Positions 49,319-59,713 of a stretch of DNA of 64,000 nt are shown here, in pieces (position 1 is the first letter of the stretch; each line of letters starts with the position of its first letter). The notes beneath the pieces are model-generated. The model was not told where the DNA came from. It searched no databases and was given only the letters and a program-made list of their open reading frames with translations. A program made the translations under genes and the position numbers. Source of the stretch: Clostridiales bacterium UBA5448 (GTDB lineage Bacteria; Bacillota; Clostridia; Oscillospirales; SIG627); assembly GCA_002427425.1 (NCBI GenBank), contig DIRA01000032.1, positions 69,250-133,249 of the forward strand, written 5' to 3'.

Positions 49319-50017
49319 ATGCCTGAAATATTCGGATGGGAACATTTGATTTATATGGCAGTCAGTTTTACTCTTATGATATCTGCCTTGATTTTTATCA
49401 ACAAGAAGGTGCATGGTGAAAAGGAATTGGTGATGATAATCAGAGGCACGGGTTTGCTGCTGTTGGCCTGCGTGGTTTGGAACCGCTTTGCAATCTGTAT
49501 CCTGCGGGACGGATTGAACAGGCTGTTGCCCAATACCTATTGCAGTTTTGCCAGTTTTACCTTTTCCTTTTCGGTTTTGTTCTGCAAGAAAGACAGTAGA
49601 ATATTCCATTTCGTACTCTATTTAGGTTTGCTGGGGGGAATTTCCTCCATGCTTTGTCCCAATTACCTGGGGCAAGCAGATTCAATCTTTTATCCCATGA
49701 CAATCTCCAGCCTGATGCATCACACGGTGATGGTGTTTCTTGCCTTGCTGATGCTGACCACGGGCTATTTCAGGCCGGCACTGAAACGGTGGTACTGTCT
49801 TCCCGTGGGCCTTTTCTTTACTTTTCTATACGGTTTGTTTTTGATTCTTGTACTGGGGTACAACGATGCCATGGCCATCAATTTCCCTCTGGTGGAAGGT
49901 ACATTTCTGACCTGGTATTTGGTGGGTCCTCTATTCATTGGCGTGCATGGGCTTGTTTTATATGTATACGAAAGGATGCTAACTCCTTACCCTACCGATT
50001 CCGAGTTGTCGGTATAA
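49319..50017 (+). CDS. YwaF/TMEM164-like integral membrane protein
   Basis: FGWEHL, LP..YCS, H.. motifs, 6-7 TM segments; RBS GGAGGA. Confidence 0.6.
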   Translation: MPEIFGWEHLIYMAVSFTLMISALIFINKKVHGEKELVMIIRGTGLLLLACVVWNRFAICILRDGLNRLLPNTYCSFASFTFSFSVLFCKKDSRIFHFVLYLGLLGGISSMLCPNYLGQADSIFYPMTISSLMHHTVMVFLALLMLTTGYFRPALKRWYCLPVGLFFTFLYGLFLILVLGYNDAMAINFPLVEGTFLTWYLVGPLFIGVHGLVLYVYERMLTPYPTDSELSV

Positions 50018-50076
50018 CTGTTCCTACCCATACTCATGTACATTGGATGTACAAAATCAAAAATAGGATTGAAAAT

Positions 50077-50118
50077 AAAAAACACCGGCAAAAACGAAGG
50101 TTTTGCCGGTGCTTTTTT
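50077..50118. terminator. Bidirectional terminator
   Basis: AAAAAACACCGGCAAAA...TTTTGCCGGTGCTTTTTT. Confidence 0.8.
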
Positions 50119-50947
50119 ATGTATGGGTGGCATCACGTTGTATGCAGGAAGGCATTTTGACGTGGGCGTTTTGGTAGGATATGACAGAAACCAGTTTTAG
50201 CTGTAAAGTCCCTTTGATACATAAATAGCTACCCAAAGGAAGGTTCAGGCTGCTGTAGTGAGAGGGGTGCTTTTTTCCTCCCATTTTGCCGCGAATGCCT
50301 CCATGATCAGCCTTTCCGCCCGAAACATACCCGCTGCCGGACAAAACCACCACATGCCATGTGCCCGCCGGAATGTCCTGCCCTGCTACATAGGTGCCGG
50401 CAGATAATACAAGGGTATCTACGGTGAGTTCATGAAAACATGCAAAGTCTTCGTGGATACCATCGGGTGTGGGAGGAAAAGAAAAAGAGGATACAGGATT
50501 TTTATCCGGAGAAAAAGCAAGGGGAAGGATGTAGGGAGATAAACGTTTATATAGATCGCTGTTTTCATCCACCCCTGGAATGGTTTTGATTGTGCCGTCT
50601 ATGTAATGAATTTCCAGTTCATACTCCATGTGATGAGGCAAAAAGAATTCCCGGGTCATGGTATGATTGAATGATACCAAAGAATCGAGGGGGATATCTT
50701 CGGAACGTTGCCGGGCTGCGGGGACCACTTGTTTGGTATAGGCGATTTCTTCCTTCTTCACGATTATATAGTGAATGGATTCGCCTTTATATTTTCGGAA
50801 TGGCTTGCTTGATATACCCATGGCACAGGTATTAAAGGCAAACCCCGGATAATAAGGGGGATGGATCCAGGGAAAAAAAAGTAACATCAACAAACAGATT
50901 CCCACATTTACAAGCAAATTATTCACACTCCTTTGATTCTTTGGCAA
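50117..50947 (-). CDS. Hypothetical protein with an N-terminal TM segment
   Basis: 276-aa ORF; C-terminal LSAGTYVAGQDIPAGTW motif typical of exported Firmicute proteins; start uncertain. Confidence 0.55.
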   Translation of the reverse strand: MPKNQRSVNNLLVNVGICLLMLLFFPWIHPPYYPGFAFNTCAMGISSKPFRKYKGESIHYIIVKKEEIAYTKQVVPAARQRSEDIPLDSLVSFNHTMTREFFLPHHMEYELEIHYIDGTIKTIPGVDENSDLYKRLSPYILPLAFSPDKNPVSSFSFPPTPDGIHEDFACFHELTVDTLVLSAGTYVAGQDIPAGTWHVVVLSGSGYVSGGKADHGGIRGKMGGKKHPSHYSSLNLPLGSYLCIKGTLQLKLVSVISYQNAHVKMPSCIQRDATHT

Positions 50948-51134
50948 TTATGCGACGTTCTGAAGAGATTTTATCACACAATGTGTCCCATAAGTAAGAC
51001 TTGTTAAAAAATGAAAATTCTGAAAAACATGGCATTGGCAGCGAAAAAATAGGAAATAACCGAATGTATGAAAAAAAGAAGGCATATTTTATAGAGAGCG
51101 ACATTCAGTATATAATAAAATTGTAGGTTTGTCT

Positions 51135-51290
51135 ATGAAAAATAAAAAATATATAGTATTCACACAAAAAGACAAGTGGTTTTTAGGAAAATTTGATCCT
51201 GAAAAATCGGAACATGCCATGAACGCCTATTCCCGGCAGGGAGGGATGATCAATGCTTGTGCCACCGCGATCGTTTCCGGGGTGTTCTGA
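51135..51290 (+). pseudogene. Small DUF4177-like protein, probably truncated
   Basis: MKNKKYIVFTQKDKWFLGKFDPEKSEHAMNAYSRQGG... resembles the DUF4177 pattern (F.GKFDPE.LE..LN.YA.QGW); early stop. Confidence 0.5.
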
Positions 51291-51698
51291 ATCCGGATGT
51301 ATGCTTTGTTGATGATCCAAGGTAACAAAACATACTATGGTATTATACCACCAATTATGATAAAATCAATCGTTTTTAACATACTTTGCAATTTTATTAT
51401 AAACAAAGAGGTACCGTCGTGACAGAATTTTAACCGGCTATCCAGGCAAAACGGCTCCCCAAACAAGGATAATATCCCACAAACGATGATTGAAAAGCCC
51501 TTGTTTCTGCATGGGCGTTGTTAATTTGTATCACCATATGTGGTAACAGAAACTGTTACTTATGATCATCTTTTGTAAATAAGGACCAAAAAATGGATTT
51601 AATTTCTTGTTTTAGTTCCGCAAAAACCATGCCATTTTATAAACTTATGTGCTATTTTTACAAAAATCAGCCATATGTATTCTTTGTAACTTTTTTCA

Positions 51699-51728
51699 TT
51701 GACAAGCAACTTTTTTTTATGGTATAAT
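51699..51728 (+). promoter_or_regulatory. sigma-A promoter of the EAL gene
   Basis: TTGACA-18 nt (ending TGG)-TATAAT. Confidence 0.8.
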
Positions 51729-51734
51729 TGTATA

Positions 51735-51837
51735 AGAACAAATGGAAAACGAAGATGCAAATCTTATATCGAATGTGTGTTTTATGCTACGATTGACTGG
51801 CTGCACTGATGGAGGACTACCGCCAGTGCAGTTTTTT
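51735..51837 (+). ncRNA. Leader with intrinsic terminator; degenerate c-di-GMP-I (GEMM)-like aptamer
   Basis: GGAAAACGAAGATGCAAA...CTACGATTGACTGGCTGCA overlaps terminator stem CTGCACTG/CAGTGCAG+TTTTTT (51801-51837), between promoter and RBS. Confidence 0.45.
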
Positions 51838-51856
51838 ATATTAAAAGAGGATATAT

Positions 51857-54022
51857 ATGATAGCTGATATTCTTGTTTTTATCATGGGCTCTTTGGGTAT
51901 TACCATTGCGGTGATTTCCGCGGCAAACATGCTGCAAAACTGCTGTGACTATTCCTCGTGGAAAAGCCCTTTGATTGCAGGTGTTTTTTTGGGATTGACC
52001 TGTTTTTTGATAAATCGCTACAACCTGACATTGGTTGGTTTTCCCGTTCTCAGCTCCAAAATGGTGTATCTGATCAGTGTTGCAGTGTGTTTTAACTTCA
52101 CTACCCTGCTGATTTTCTCCCCTTTTTATCTGATATCCGTCTTTTTTTCACCCTTTTCCATCTGGTTTGCCGCTTTGTCTCTTTCATGTGTTCTGGTGAC
52201 TTGTTATTGGTCCCGTCAAAAAATACACACCCTCTTTTTCATTGTCCTGAGCGTGTTGCCCTTATCTTTTTCCGAAATCATTTGTTACGGATATCTCGAT
52301 GCCTATGATACCCGGGTGGTCTGGACCACGGGGATCATGATTCTATTGGTTTGTATCTGCATTGTGTGGGTGTTTTGGTTTTTTCAATCGTCGTTTTTCG
52401 CTTTGCTGGCGTCGGAATTTGTGGGTAGTTTGTTGGGGCAATTCACGCATATTCACTGTTTTTTAGTCAAACGCAAAAAAAACAAAGTTTTTATGAGCGA
52501 GGCTATGGCCAATTATTTTGAGTTTCCCTCCCGAGAAATGTCCATAGCCGCTTTTGACCGTTTTCTCTTTTCTGCCACCGACGGAGCTGTCAGCGGCGTG
52601 GATACCTCCCGGGCTTCCACTGTTTTTGTGACCCCTGTTACAGGCGTGATTTATTATGTTCGATATGCTTGCCATCCCTTTTGGTTCAACAGCTACAGGG
52701 GGTATATCAGCCATATCACCGGCGCGGTACCCGGACATGCATCGCTTTATAACCCCTCCCCAAAAGAGTATCAGACGGGACTGGAGACCTATCAAAATCT
52801 GATAGAAAATCTCATTGACAACGCGCCTCATACCAAAGGAAAAATTCTTTTTATGACCATGTTCCTCGGCGTAAACCTTTCGGGGTTTTCGATGTACGAT
52901 GTGGATTTTGAAGCCAAGTGCCAACGGATGTTGGTGGATATTCTGAAAAACACTTTCCAAAACAGCGCAATGTATTTTGTCACCAAAGGGGAATACATTC
53001 TGGTTTTGTACGGCATAAAAACCGAAGAAGCCTTACATGGCGCTATGGAGGAAGTGAAGGAAATCACGTCCCGCATATATCCGGTGGGGGACGAATCTGT
53101 TTCCTTTGAAACCAAGCTTGGCGTTTTCTGCGAATATGCCGGCGTGATCCGGACGGTTGGGCAAAGCCGTGAAGTGTTGAACAAGCTGATGTTCTGCATG
53201 ATGAAACTCAAACAGGGAAAAGACGGCAATCCGTATGAATTTTCTTCCTATGCGTACAGACAGCATCTGGATCGTCTGCTGCGCACCCGCTATTTGCCCG
53301 CTATTTTTCGGGAGGAGCAAATCCGTTTGGTATTTCAGCCCATCGTATCGTTGGAAAACGGGAAAACAGTCATGTACGAAGTGCTGGTACGGTCTACCCA
53401 TGAAGTGTATCCCAATCCCGACATGCTGATCAAAGACTGCATGAGCCAGGGTCTGGACAAAGAACTGGATATGCTCATTTACAAGAAGTTTCGCTGCATG
53501 CTGGAATCGGGCGAGCTGCCTATGGCCAATTTCACCGTCAACATTCTGGGCAATACGCCCATGAACGATGATCTGTTGTGGATCGCCGACCTCCTGCATG
53601 ACAATGGGTATTGTTTGTATCTGGAAATGGTGGAGCATATGAAAATCGCCGATGATCTACTGGAGGACCGGATTCTGCAGGCAAAAAAACATCACATACG
53701 TTTGGTTGCTGACGACTACGGACAAAATGCCGCCAATTTGGATACCTTGTACAAGGTGAATTTTGATGTGCTTAAAATTCCCATGGAATTTACCACCCGT
53801 CTGGATCGTAACCGGAAGAATCGGTCGTTTGTGTCCAACATCATTCATTACTGCAAAGAATGCAATGTCTACTCCATCGCCGAAGGGGTGGAAAATGAAG
53901 CAGAATTGCAAATCCTGAAAGAAATGCGGGTGGATTACGTCCAAGGGTATTATTTTTCCAGACCGATGTCTACGGTGCCTGCCGAGCCCGTGGTATACGA
54001 TATCGGCAGGCAAGGAAGTTAG
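51857..54022 (+). CDS. Membrane-bound EAL-domain c-di-GMP phosphodiesterase with a degenerate GGDEF-like domain
   Basis: N-terminal TMs; FQPIV, EVLVR, TVN, LEMVE, DDYG, LKI, AEGVE, QGYYFSRP. Confidence 0.85.
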   Translation: MIADILVFIMGSLGITIAVISAANMLQNCCDYSSWKSPLIAGVFLGLTCFLINRYNLTLVGFPVLSSKMVYLISVAVCFNFTTLLIFSPFYLISVFFSPFSIWFAALSLSCVLVTCYWSRQKIHTLFFIVLSVLPLSFSEIICYGYLDAYDTRVVWTTGIMILLVCICIVWVFWFFQSSFFALLASEFVGSLLGQFTHIHCFLVKRKKNKVFMSEAMANYFEFPSREMSIAAFDRFLFSATDGAVSGVDTSRASTVFVTPVTGVIYYVRYACHPFWFNSYRGYISHITGAVPGHASLYNPSPKEYQTGLETYQNLIENLIDNAPHTKGKILFMTMFLGVNLSGFSMYDVDFEAKCQRMLVDILKNTFQNSAMYFVTKGEYILVLYGIKTEEALHGAMEEVKEITSRIYPVGDESVSFETKLGVFCEYAGVIRTVGQSREVLNKLMFCMMKLKQGKDGNPYEFSSYAYRQHLDRLLRTRYLPAIFREEQIRLVFQPIVSLENGKTVMYEVLVRSTHEVYPNPDMLIKDCMSQGLDKELDMLIYKKFRCMLESGELPMANFTVNILGNTPMNDDLLWIADLLHDNGYCLYLEMVEHMKIADDLLEDRILQAKKHHIRLVADDYGQNAANLDTLYKVNFDVLKIPMEFTTRLDRNRKNRSFVSNIIHYCKECNVYSIAEGVENEAELQILKEMRVDYVQGYYFSRPMSTVPAEPVVYDIGRQGS

Positions 54023-54224
54023 GTTCGAAGAATGTGGGATACGGTGCCGAGACGCCGGTGTTTTCCGTACCAACCGTTTTTCCAAGGAAGCTCATAGGGG
54101 GAGCGTGGTGTATAATGGGTGGAAAATATTCGCTGTCCGTCTCGCCGGTTTGTTCAGCGGTGATGTTGCTCAATAGCATTCTATAAGGAAAAACAGAAAA
54201 ATCGAAAGGTGTGAATATTACAGT

Positions 54225-56060
54225 ATGATCGTTAGCTCTTCCTCCGATATATCCGTTTTCCCCCTTACATACAGTGAACAGCAGCAATTTTCTTTGATTT
54301 TTGATTATAATTTGACCCCTGCTGTATTGCTTGGTTTTGACAACAAGGGAAACATATACTGTGTGTATGCCAATGCTGCTGCAAAAATGTTGATGAATTT
54401 TACCGATCCGAAGGAGTTCGTTTCTCGTTTCACTCCCCTGGAGGAACATTGTATAGATGGATTTAGTCAGGCGGCATTTCAGGGAAAATCGGCTTTGCAT
54501 CATGTCTATGCTCAGCCCTTGAAACGGTATTTGGAATGCTCCGTTTTTCCCTTTACAAAGGGCTTTTGCGGGTGTATGTTTCGGGATATTACCGAGTCCT
54601 TTCAGCTGGATCAGGTTCTTGAAAGCTCTTTTGAAAGCATCTGTAAAATGATTACCACCGGCGTCATGATCGATGAATTTTTGTCCGGTCGGCTTTTATA
54701 CGCTAACAAAAAGCTTCTTACCATCCTGGGTTATTCCACGTTTCATGATTTTTATGATTCCTGCCGAGGACATGTGCTGCATCTTATTCACCCCGAGGAT
54801 GCGGATGCCTACACCACTGCCATAAACATGCTAAGGCAAGGGAAAAATGATTTTGATTTGGTGATTCGCATTCACAATCAACAAGGTCAATATATGTATA
54901 TTATCGTCAACGGAAAACGGATATTTGACCAAAAAGGGGTTCCCCTTGTGGTGTCCACTTGCCATGATATCACCCATTCTATGCAAATTGTGATGAACCG
55001 TCTCCGGCTTCACCAAGAAGTCATGGAGGATATGAGTGAATTTTTCAACGGCACGTATTATGTGGATGTGGATAAAAATACCTATACCTCCGTGGGTTCG
55101 GTCGGAATCCGTTTTATCAATGAAAACAACGGTGTTTTTGCCGATTTTGTAAAAAAATTATGCCGCCGCATACATCCTGCCGACAGACGCTATGTGAAAA
55201 TTTTCTTAGATCTGGAAGATTTTCTTTTCAATACTCCCTCTAAAAACGGGTATCAGCAAAAAAGCATCCGGTATCGGCTGCATTCGGAAAAAGGGGAAGC
55301 CATGCAGGAATTGATGCTTTCCACCCAAAACCACGAGGGAAATTCGCATCTGGTGGTCATGGTATTCCGCAATGTGACCGAATCGGTCAACGAACCCATC
55401 AATGTCAGCCATTTTTTGAAATACCAAATCAATCAGCAATGGGAACAGTACTGGAAAACCATTGATCTTATGAGCTCCCTTTTGGAACACCGTTCCCAAG
55501 AAAGCGGACAACATGTTCACAACATAAAAAGATACACCCGCTGTTTGCTGGAATGTATGGCACAGCATATGCCCGAACTGCAAGTGAACAAAACCGAGAT
55601 CGAAGAAATTGTCAACCTTTCTCCTCTGCACGATATCGGAAAAATCGGTATTCCCGATAACATTTTGTCCAAACCCGGTAAATTGAACCCGGAAGAATTT
55701 GAGCTGATGAAGTCGCATACCATCATTGGCGCGGATATTACCCGGTTGATTCCCAATTTCGGCAACGATATGAAAAAGGTGTACTCCTATAACATTTGCC
55801 GCTATCACCACGAGCGATATGATGGCAAAGGGTATCCCGACGGTCTGACGGGGAACCATATTCCCCTTTGTGCCCAGGTAGTGGGTCTGGCGGATGTGTA
55901 TGAAGCCCTCACTTCCCAACGGGTGTACAAAGATGCCTATTCCCACCAAGAAGCCATACAGATGATTCTCAGGGGGGAATGCGGTAAATTTAATCCAAAG
56001 CTGATCGAATGTCTGATGATGGTTTCGGATCAGTTTGAAGCCATCAAACAGCAGAAATAG
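54225..56060 (+). CDS. PAS + HD-GYP c-di-GMP phosphodiesterase
   Basis: IHPED PAS motif; ESGQHV, LHDIGKIG, HHERYDGKGYPDGL, ADVYEAL...RVYK. Confidence 0.92.
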   Translation: MIVSSSSDISVFPLTYSEQQQFSLIFDYNLTPAVLLGFDNKGNIYCVYANAAAKMLMNFTDPKEFVSRFTPLEEHCIDGFSQAAFQGKSALHHVYAQPLKRYLECSVFPFTKGFCGCMFRDITESFQLDQVLESSFESICKMITTGVMIDEFLSGRLLYANKKLLTILGYSTFHDFYDSCRGHVLHLIHPEDADAYTTAINMLRQGKNDFDLVIRIHNQQGQYMYIIVNGKRIFDQKGVPLVVSTCHDITHSMQIVMNRLRLHQEVMEDMSEFFNGTYYVDVDKNTYTSVGSVGIRFINENNGVFADFVKKLCRRIHPADRRYVKIFLDLEDFLFNTPSKNGYQQKSIRYRLHSEKGEAMQELMLSTQNHEGNSHLVVMVFRNVTESVNEPINVSHFLKYQINQQWEQYWKTIDLMSSLLEHRSQESGQHVHNIKRYTRCLLECMAQHMPELQVNKTEIEEIVNLSPLHDIGKIGIPDNILSKPGKLNPEEFELMKSHTIIGADITRLIPNFGNDMKKVYSYNICRYHHERYDGKGYPDGLTGNHIPLCAQVVGLADVYEALTSQRVYKDAYSHQEAIQMILRGECGKFNPKLIECLMMVSDQFEAIKQQK

Positions 56061-56095
56061 GAAGTACATGTCATGCCGCTTTCCTCATAACGATA

Positions 56096-56136
56096 AAAAA
56101 TACCCATCAAAAGAATCACGTTTGATGGGTGTTTTT
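56096..56136. terminator. Bidirectional terminator between the HD-GYP gene and the kinase
   Basis: AAAAATACCCATCAAA...TTTGATGGGTGTTTTT. Confidence 0.8.
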
Positions 56137-56150
56137 GCGTCTTATATCTT

Positions 56151-59100
56151 CTATGGATCGGAAGAAGAAGGAATGTCTTTGAGCTGATTCGTTAAGACAG
56201 CATAATCGATGGATACAATGGCCTTGGACAGTTGTTCAAACAGTGCTTTTCGAACGGGAGGTATGATATAGGTCTTCATATTTTCCAGCCAGTTGTCCGC
56301 CCCGGTGGAGTCAAAATCCTCTACAAAGCGTTTCAGGTTTGACAGCTTTTTATCAAATTCCTCCACGCATAACCAATGGGTGGCATCGACTGTATCCTTG
56401 CTAAAATAGGGTTTGAGGAGTTCATAATGCCGCTGTATGGCAGACAAAAAACTTTTTGTGTACTGCCATAGCTTTTCTTTTTGCAGAATGCGGGCATTTT
56501 TTTCCACCAATTCCGCCAACAATGCTTCTTCCGTTGCCCCGATGAGCTGCAAATCGCTCTTGGTGGAATGGACTTCGATGATAAAGGTATCCATATCGTT
56601 TTTATCCAGAGCACTCCGGATTTTCTCTATCTTGGACGGCAGCAGCCTGTGGAAGGTGGACAAATTATCCAGATATGATTTCCAGTTGGCGAAGTATTGC
56701 ATGGCTTCTTTGATATCCAACCCTTCAATTTGACCGAAGCTTTTATCCCGGCCTTGTTCCTTGTTCACCATGGTTTGGATCTTTTCCGCCGGCAACCATT
56801 TGTGCAGCGCTTGCTCTAACAGCTTGATATCAATGGGTTTGGAGACATAATCATTCATGCCGTTTTGAGAAAAAAAGACATCAGCGCCTTTCATGGCGTT
56901 GGCGGTCAAAGCGATAATGGGCAGTTCCCCCAAGGACATTCCTTCCATTTTCCGGATCTGACGGGTGGTTTTTACCCCGTCCATACGAGGCATATAGTGA
57001 TCCATGAAAATCAAATCAAAGGATTTTTGTTTGACTGCATCCAAAGCTCCAAAGCCGCTTCGGGCTGTGGTGATCTTCACCTGATAGGGTTTTAAGAGTT
57101 GTTCGCAAACCGATAAATTCACCGCATTGTCATCCACAATCAGCACGTTGGCTTCGGGTGCGATGAAATCAAAGAGGGCGGTTATATTTTCCTCCACCGA
57201 TTCCTGTCTCCAGTGATTGCCTATGGGGGTAAAATTCACAATTTTTTGGGGTATGACACATACAAATTCCGACCCTCTTCCCGGTTCGCTGGTGACAGTC
57301 AGATTGCCGCCCATGAGCCGGGACAATTTTTTCGAAATGGAAAGCCCCAGTCCTGTGCCTTCCACAGTTTTGTTGGGATACAGATGGGAACGCTGGAAGG
57401 TGTCAAAAATGGTATCCAAATCTTCCTTGTGGATACCGATACCCGTATCTCTCACGCATATGGTGAAAAGCACCGTATCTTCCTGGTCGGTTTTATCCGT
57501 CTTGATGTGAATGGTCACAAAACCGGAATGGGTGAACTTGATGGCGTTGGTTCCTAAATTGAGCATGATCTCGGTGATGCGCAAATCGTCTCCATAGAGT
57601 TCGGAGGGGACATTTTCATCGACATCCACGGAAAAGTCAATTTCTTTGCTACCCACTCTGTGTTCCAGCAGGGAGGTGCTGGCATTGACAAGGGTTGCCA
57701 CTTTGTACCCATGCGGCATGAGTTCCATTTTGCCCGCCTCGATTTTAGACAGATCCAAAATATCGTTGATTAACTCCAACAGCGTCTGGCTGCTTGCTTT
57801 GATCTGTTGTAAATGGGAACGCATGGTATCGCCGGGATGATCCCGCAGGGCGATTTCCGTCATACACACAATGGCGTTCATAGGAGTACGGATCTCGTGA
57901 GACATGTTAGCCAAAAACATGCTTTTCAGTTCATTGGAACGGCGGGCGATGGTTTCATTCTGGGCTGCAATATCCGCTTTTAATTGCAATGCCCGTTCAT
58001 CTTCCAACTGCTTCATCTCATTTTCATACTGGCGGATGGAAGCAATGACGTGGGGCTTGTCTTTGGAATATGGCACAGATTTACGATACTCAAAGGCATA
58101 CCACTGTCCGTTTATATTGCGAAAGGGGAACAACATGTGGTCTTTCCCCCGGTCCATACGGCTTCGAATGGTCTTGATATCCCAAGTGGGGGTAAGATGG
58201 GGCAGATCTTCCGGCAGGGCATATTTTTTAAAAATGCGTTGCATAATATCGGAATAACGTTCTTTATCAGCACTCTTTACATAGCCGCCACCGTCACGGA
58301 TGATTTCATAGGTATCGTGTTCCAAATCCGCCAGAAAAATGATAAAATGTTCCGAGGTAATGGTGCGTATGATCTCTCGGTTTTTTTCCAGCATTTCCTC
58401 TAGTTTTTTCTGTTCTTCCATGTCTTTTTGCACACAGATGATCCATATATCTTCATCCGCTTCCAACGCAACCCGCACCAGGAGGGTTTCATACCAGCGA
58501 TACGTTTCGTTTTCCTGCTTCTGACGGAACTCATAGCGCAAAATCTGCTCTCCTTGGGAAAAGGCATCCAGCAGGTTATCACGGTTCAACAGTGCATAAT
58601 AATCCCGATCTTCGCTGAGAATGGTGGATTTGTACTCATGCATGAAATCGCTGTACTTTCCAGTCATGGGCAAAGCGGGCAACAGAGAATGCATATCTCC
58701 TGTGAGAACGGTATAGCGGTCTTTGGTCAGGTTGATGTACATGGAATATGTATACAAGGTGGTCAATGCCGTGATCATCTGACCTCTCTGCTCACTTTTT
58801 TGCCCTGCTTCCCAGGCATAGAGTTTGATCTTCTCCGTCATCCGATTGAACTGCTGTCCCAACAAAATCAGTTCTTTGGCACCGGAAGGGCAAAGAGGCG
58901 TCTGGGAGGGGATCTCCTGCATGATGGATCTGGAATATCGCTTAATGGGGATAATATAATACTTTCGATATAAAAACATCATACCCATCAACAAAAAAAC
59001 AAAAACACCCATACAGATGTGCTGAGCCATCTTGATGTAATATTGGCGCATTCTATGTGCATCCACTTCCCGGGACAAACGTTCGGACACGGTTGAAAAA

Positions 59101-59705
59101 AAACTGTTTATTGTTTTATACATGGATTGCTCGGTTTGGGTATATCGAGTGCCAAACACCAAAGTCAATGCCCCCTCTTCCATTTGGGCAGCAGAAAGAG
59201 CCATTTCTTCCGGGGATAGGGAATAGGCAAGAACCGTATTCATGTATGAGGCTGTTTCATCCTGCAAGGCGTTGCTCGTTTCGGTGATGCCCATGGACAG
59301 TATCTTCAACTTCATTGCCCGCATTTCAGCATCTAATAAGGGTTGGGATTTTCTCAAAGCCCGGTACAAAGAGGCGATTGCCGTTTCGTCCGGCGCCATT
59401 TCTTCCAGGGAATCCAATATGTGCCTGTCGGAGGCGATATCATGCAAGGCATGAAAATACGAAAATAATACTTTTTTATTCCCGGTTACCGCAAATAAAC
59501 GCGCATAATCCGTTAAATTGCCTGATATCTCCAATAACTCTGTAGCGGTGGTTTCATAGGAAGTCCGTTTTTTCCATGTATTGTATTCCGCCTTTTTTCC
59601 CTCGGCGGCAAATACAGTCAAAAGGGTAAACAGTACCAACACCAACAACAGTATCCCGATGGTGGTCATCGTCATAGTCCGATGATTGATTCTTTTTTCT
59701 TTCAT
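56151..59705 (-). CDS. Hybrid sensor histidine kinase (2 TM, PAS-like, HisKA, HATPase, REC, HPt)
   Basis: FLANMSHEIRTPMN, NAIKFT, DTGIG, GTGLGL, IVDDN...IFMD...K, VHSTKS. Confidence 0.93.
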   Translation of the reverse strand: MKEKRINHRTMTMTTIGILLLVLVLFTLLTVFAAEGKKAEYNTWKKRTSYETTATELLEISGNLTDYARLFAVTGNKKVLFSYFHALHDIASDRHILDSLEEMAPDETAIASLYRALRKSQPLLDAEMRAMKLKILSMGITETSNALQDETASYMNTVLAYSLSPEEMALSAAQMEEGALTLVFGTRYTQTEQSMYKTINSFFSTVSERLSREVDAHRMRQYYIKMAQHICMGVFVFLLMGMMFLYRKYYIIPIKRYSRSIMQEIPSQTPLCPSGAKELILLGQQFNRMTEKIKLYAWEAGQKSEQRGQMITALTTLYTYSMYINLTKDRYTVLTGDMHSLLPALPMTGKYSDFMHEYKSTILSEDRDYYALLNRDNLLDAFSQGEQILRYEFRQKQENETYRWYETLLVRVALEADEDIWIICVQKDMEEQKKLEEMLEKNREIIRTITSEHFIIFLADLEHDTYEIIRDGGGYVKSADKERYSDIMQRIFKKYALPEDLPHLTPTWDIKTIRSRMDRGKDHMLFPFRNINGQWYAFEYRKSVPYSKDKPHVIASIRQYENEMKQLEDERALQLKADIAAQNETIARRSNELKSMFLANMSHEIRTPMNAIVCMTEIALRDHPGDTMRSHLQQIKASSQTLLELINDILDLSKIEAGKMELMPHGYKVATLVNASTSLLEHRVGSKEIDFSVDVDENVPSELYGDDLRITEIMLNLGTNAIKFTHSGFVTIHIKTDKTDQEDTVLFTICVRDTGIGIHKEDLDTIFDTFQRSHLYPNKTVEGTGLGLSISKKLSRLMGGNLTVTSEPGRGSEFVCVIPQKIVNFTPIGNHWRQESVEENITALFDFIAPEANVLIVDDNAVNLSVCEQLLKPYQVKITTARSGFGALDAVKQKSFDLIFMDHYMPRMDGVKTTRQIRKMEGMSLGELPIIALTANAMKGADVFFSQNGMNDYVSKPIDIKLLEQALHKWLPAEKIQTMVNKEQGRDKSFGQIEGLDIKEAMQYFANWKSYLDNLSTFHRLLPSKIEKIRSALDKNDMDTFIIEVHSTKSDLQLIGATEEALLAELVEKNARILQKEKLWQYTKSFLSAIQRHYELLKPYFSKDTVDATHWLCVEEFDKKLSNLKRFVEDFDSTGADNWLENMKTYIIPPVRKALFEQLSKAIVSIDYAVLTNQLKDIPSSSDP

Positions 59706-59713
59706 GTGCCTTT

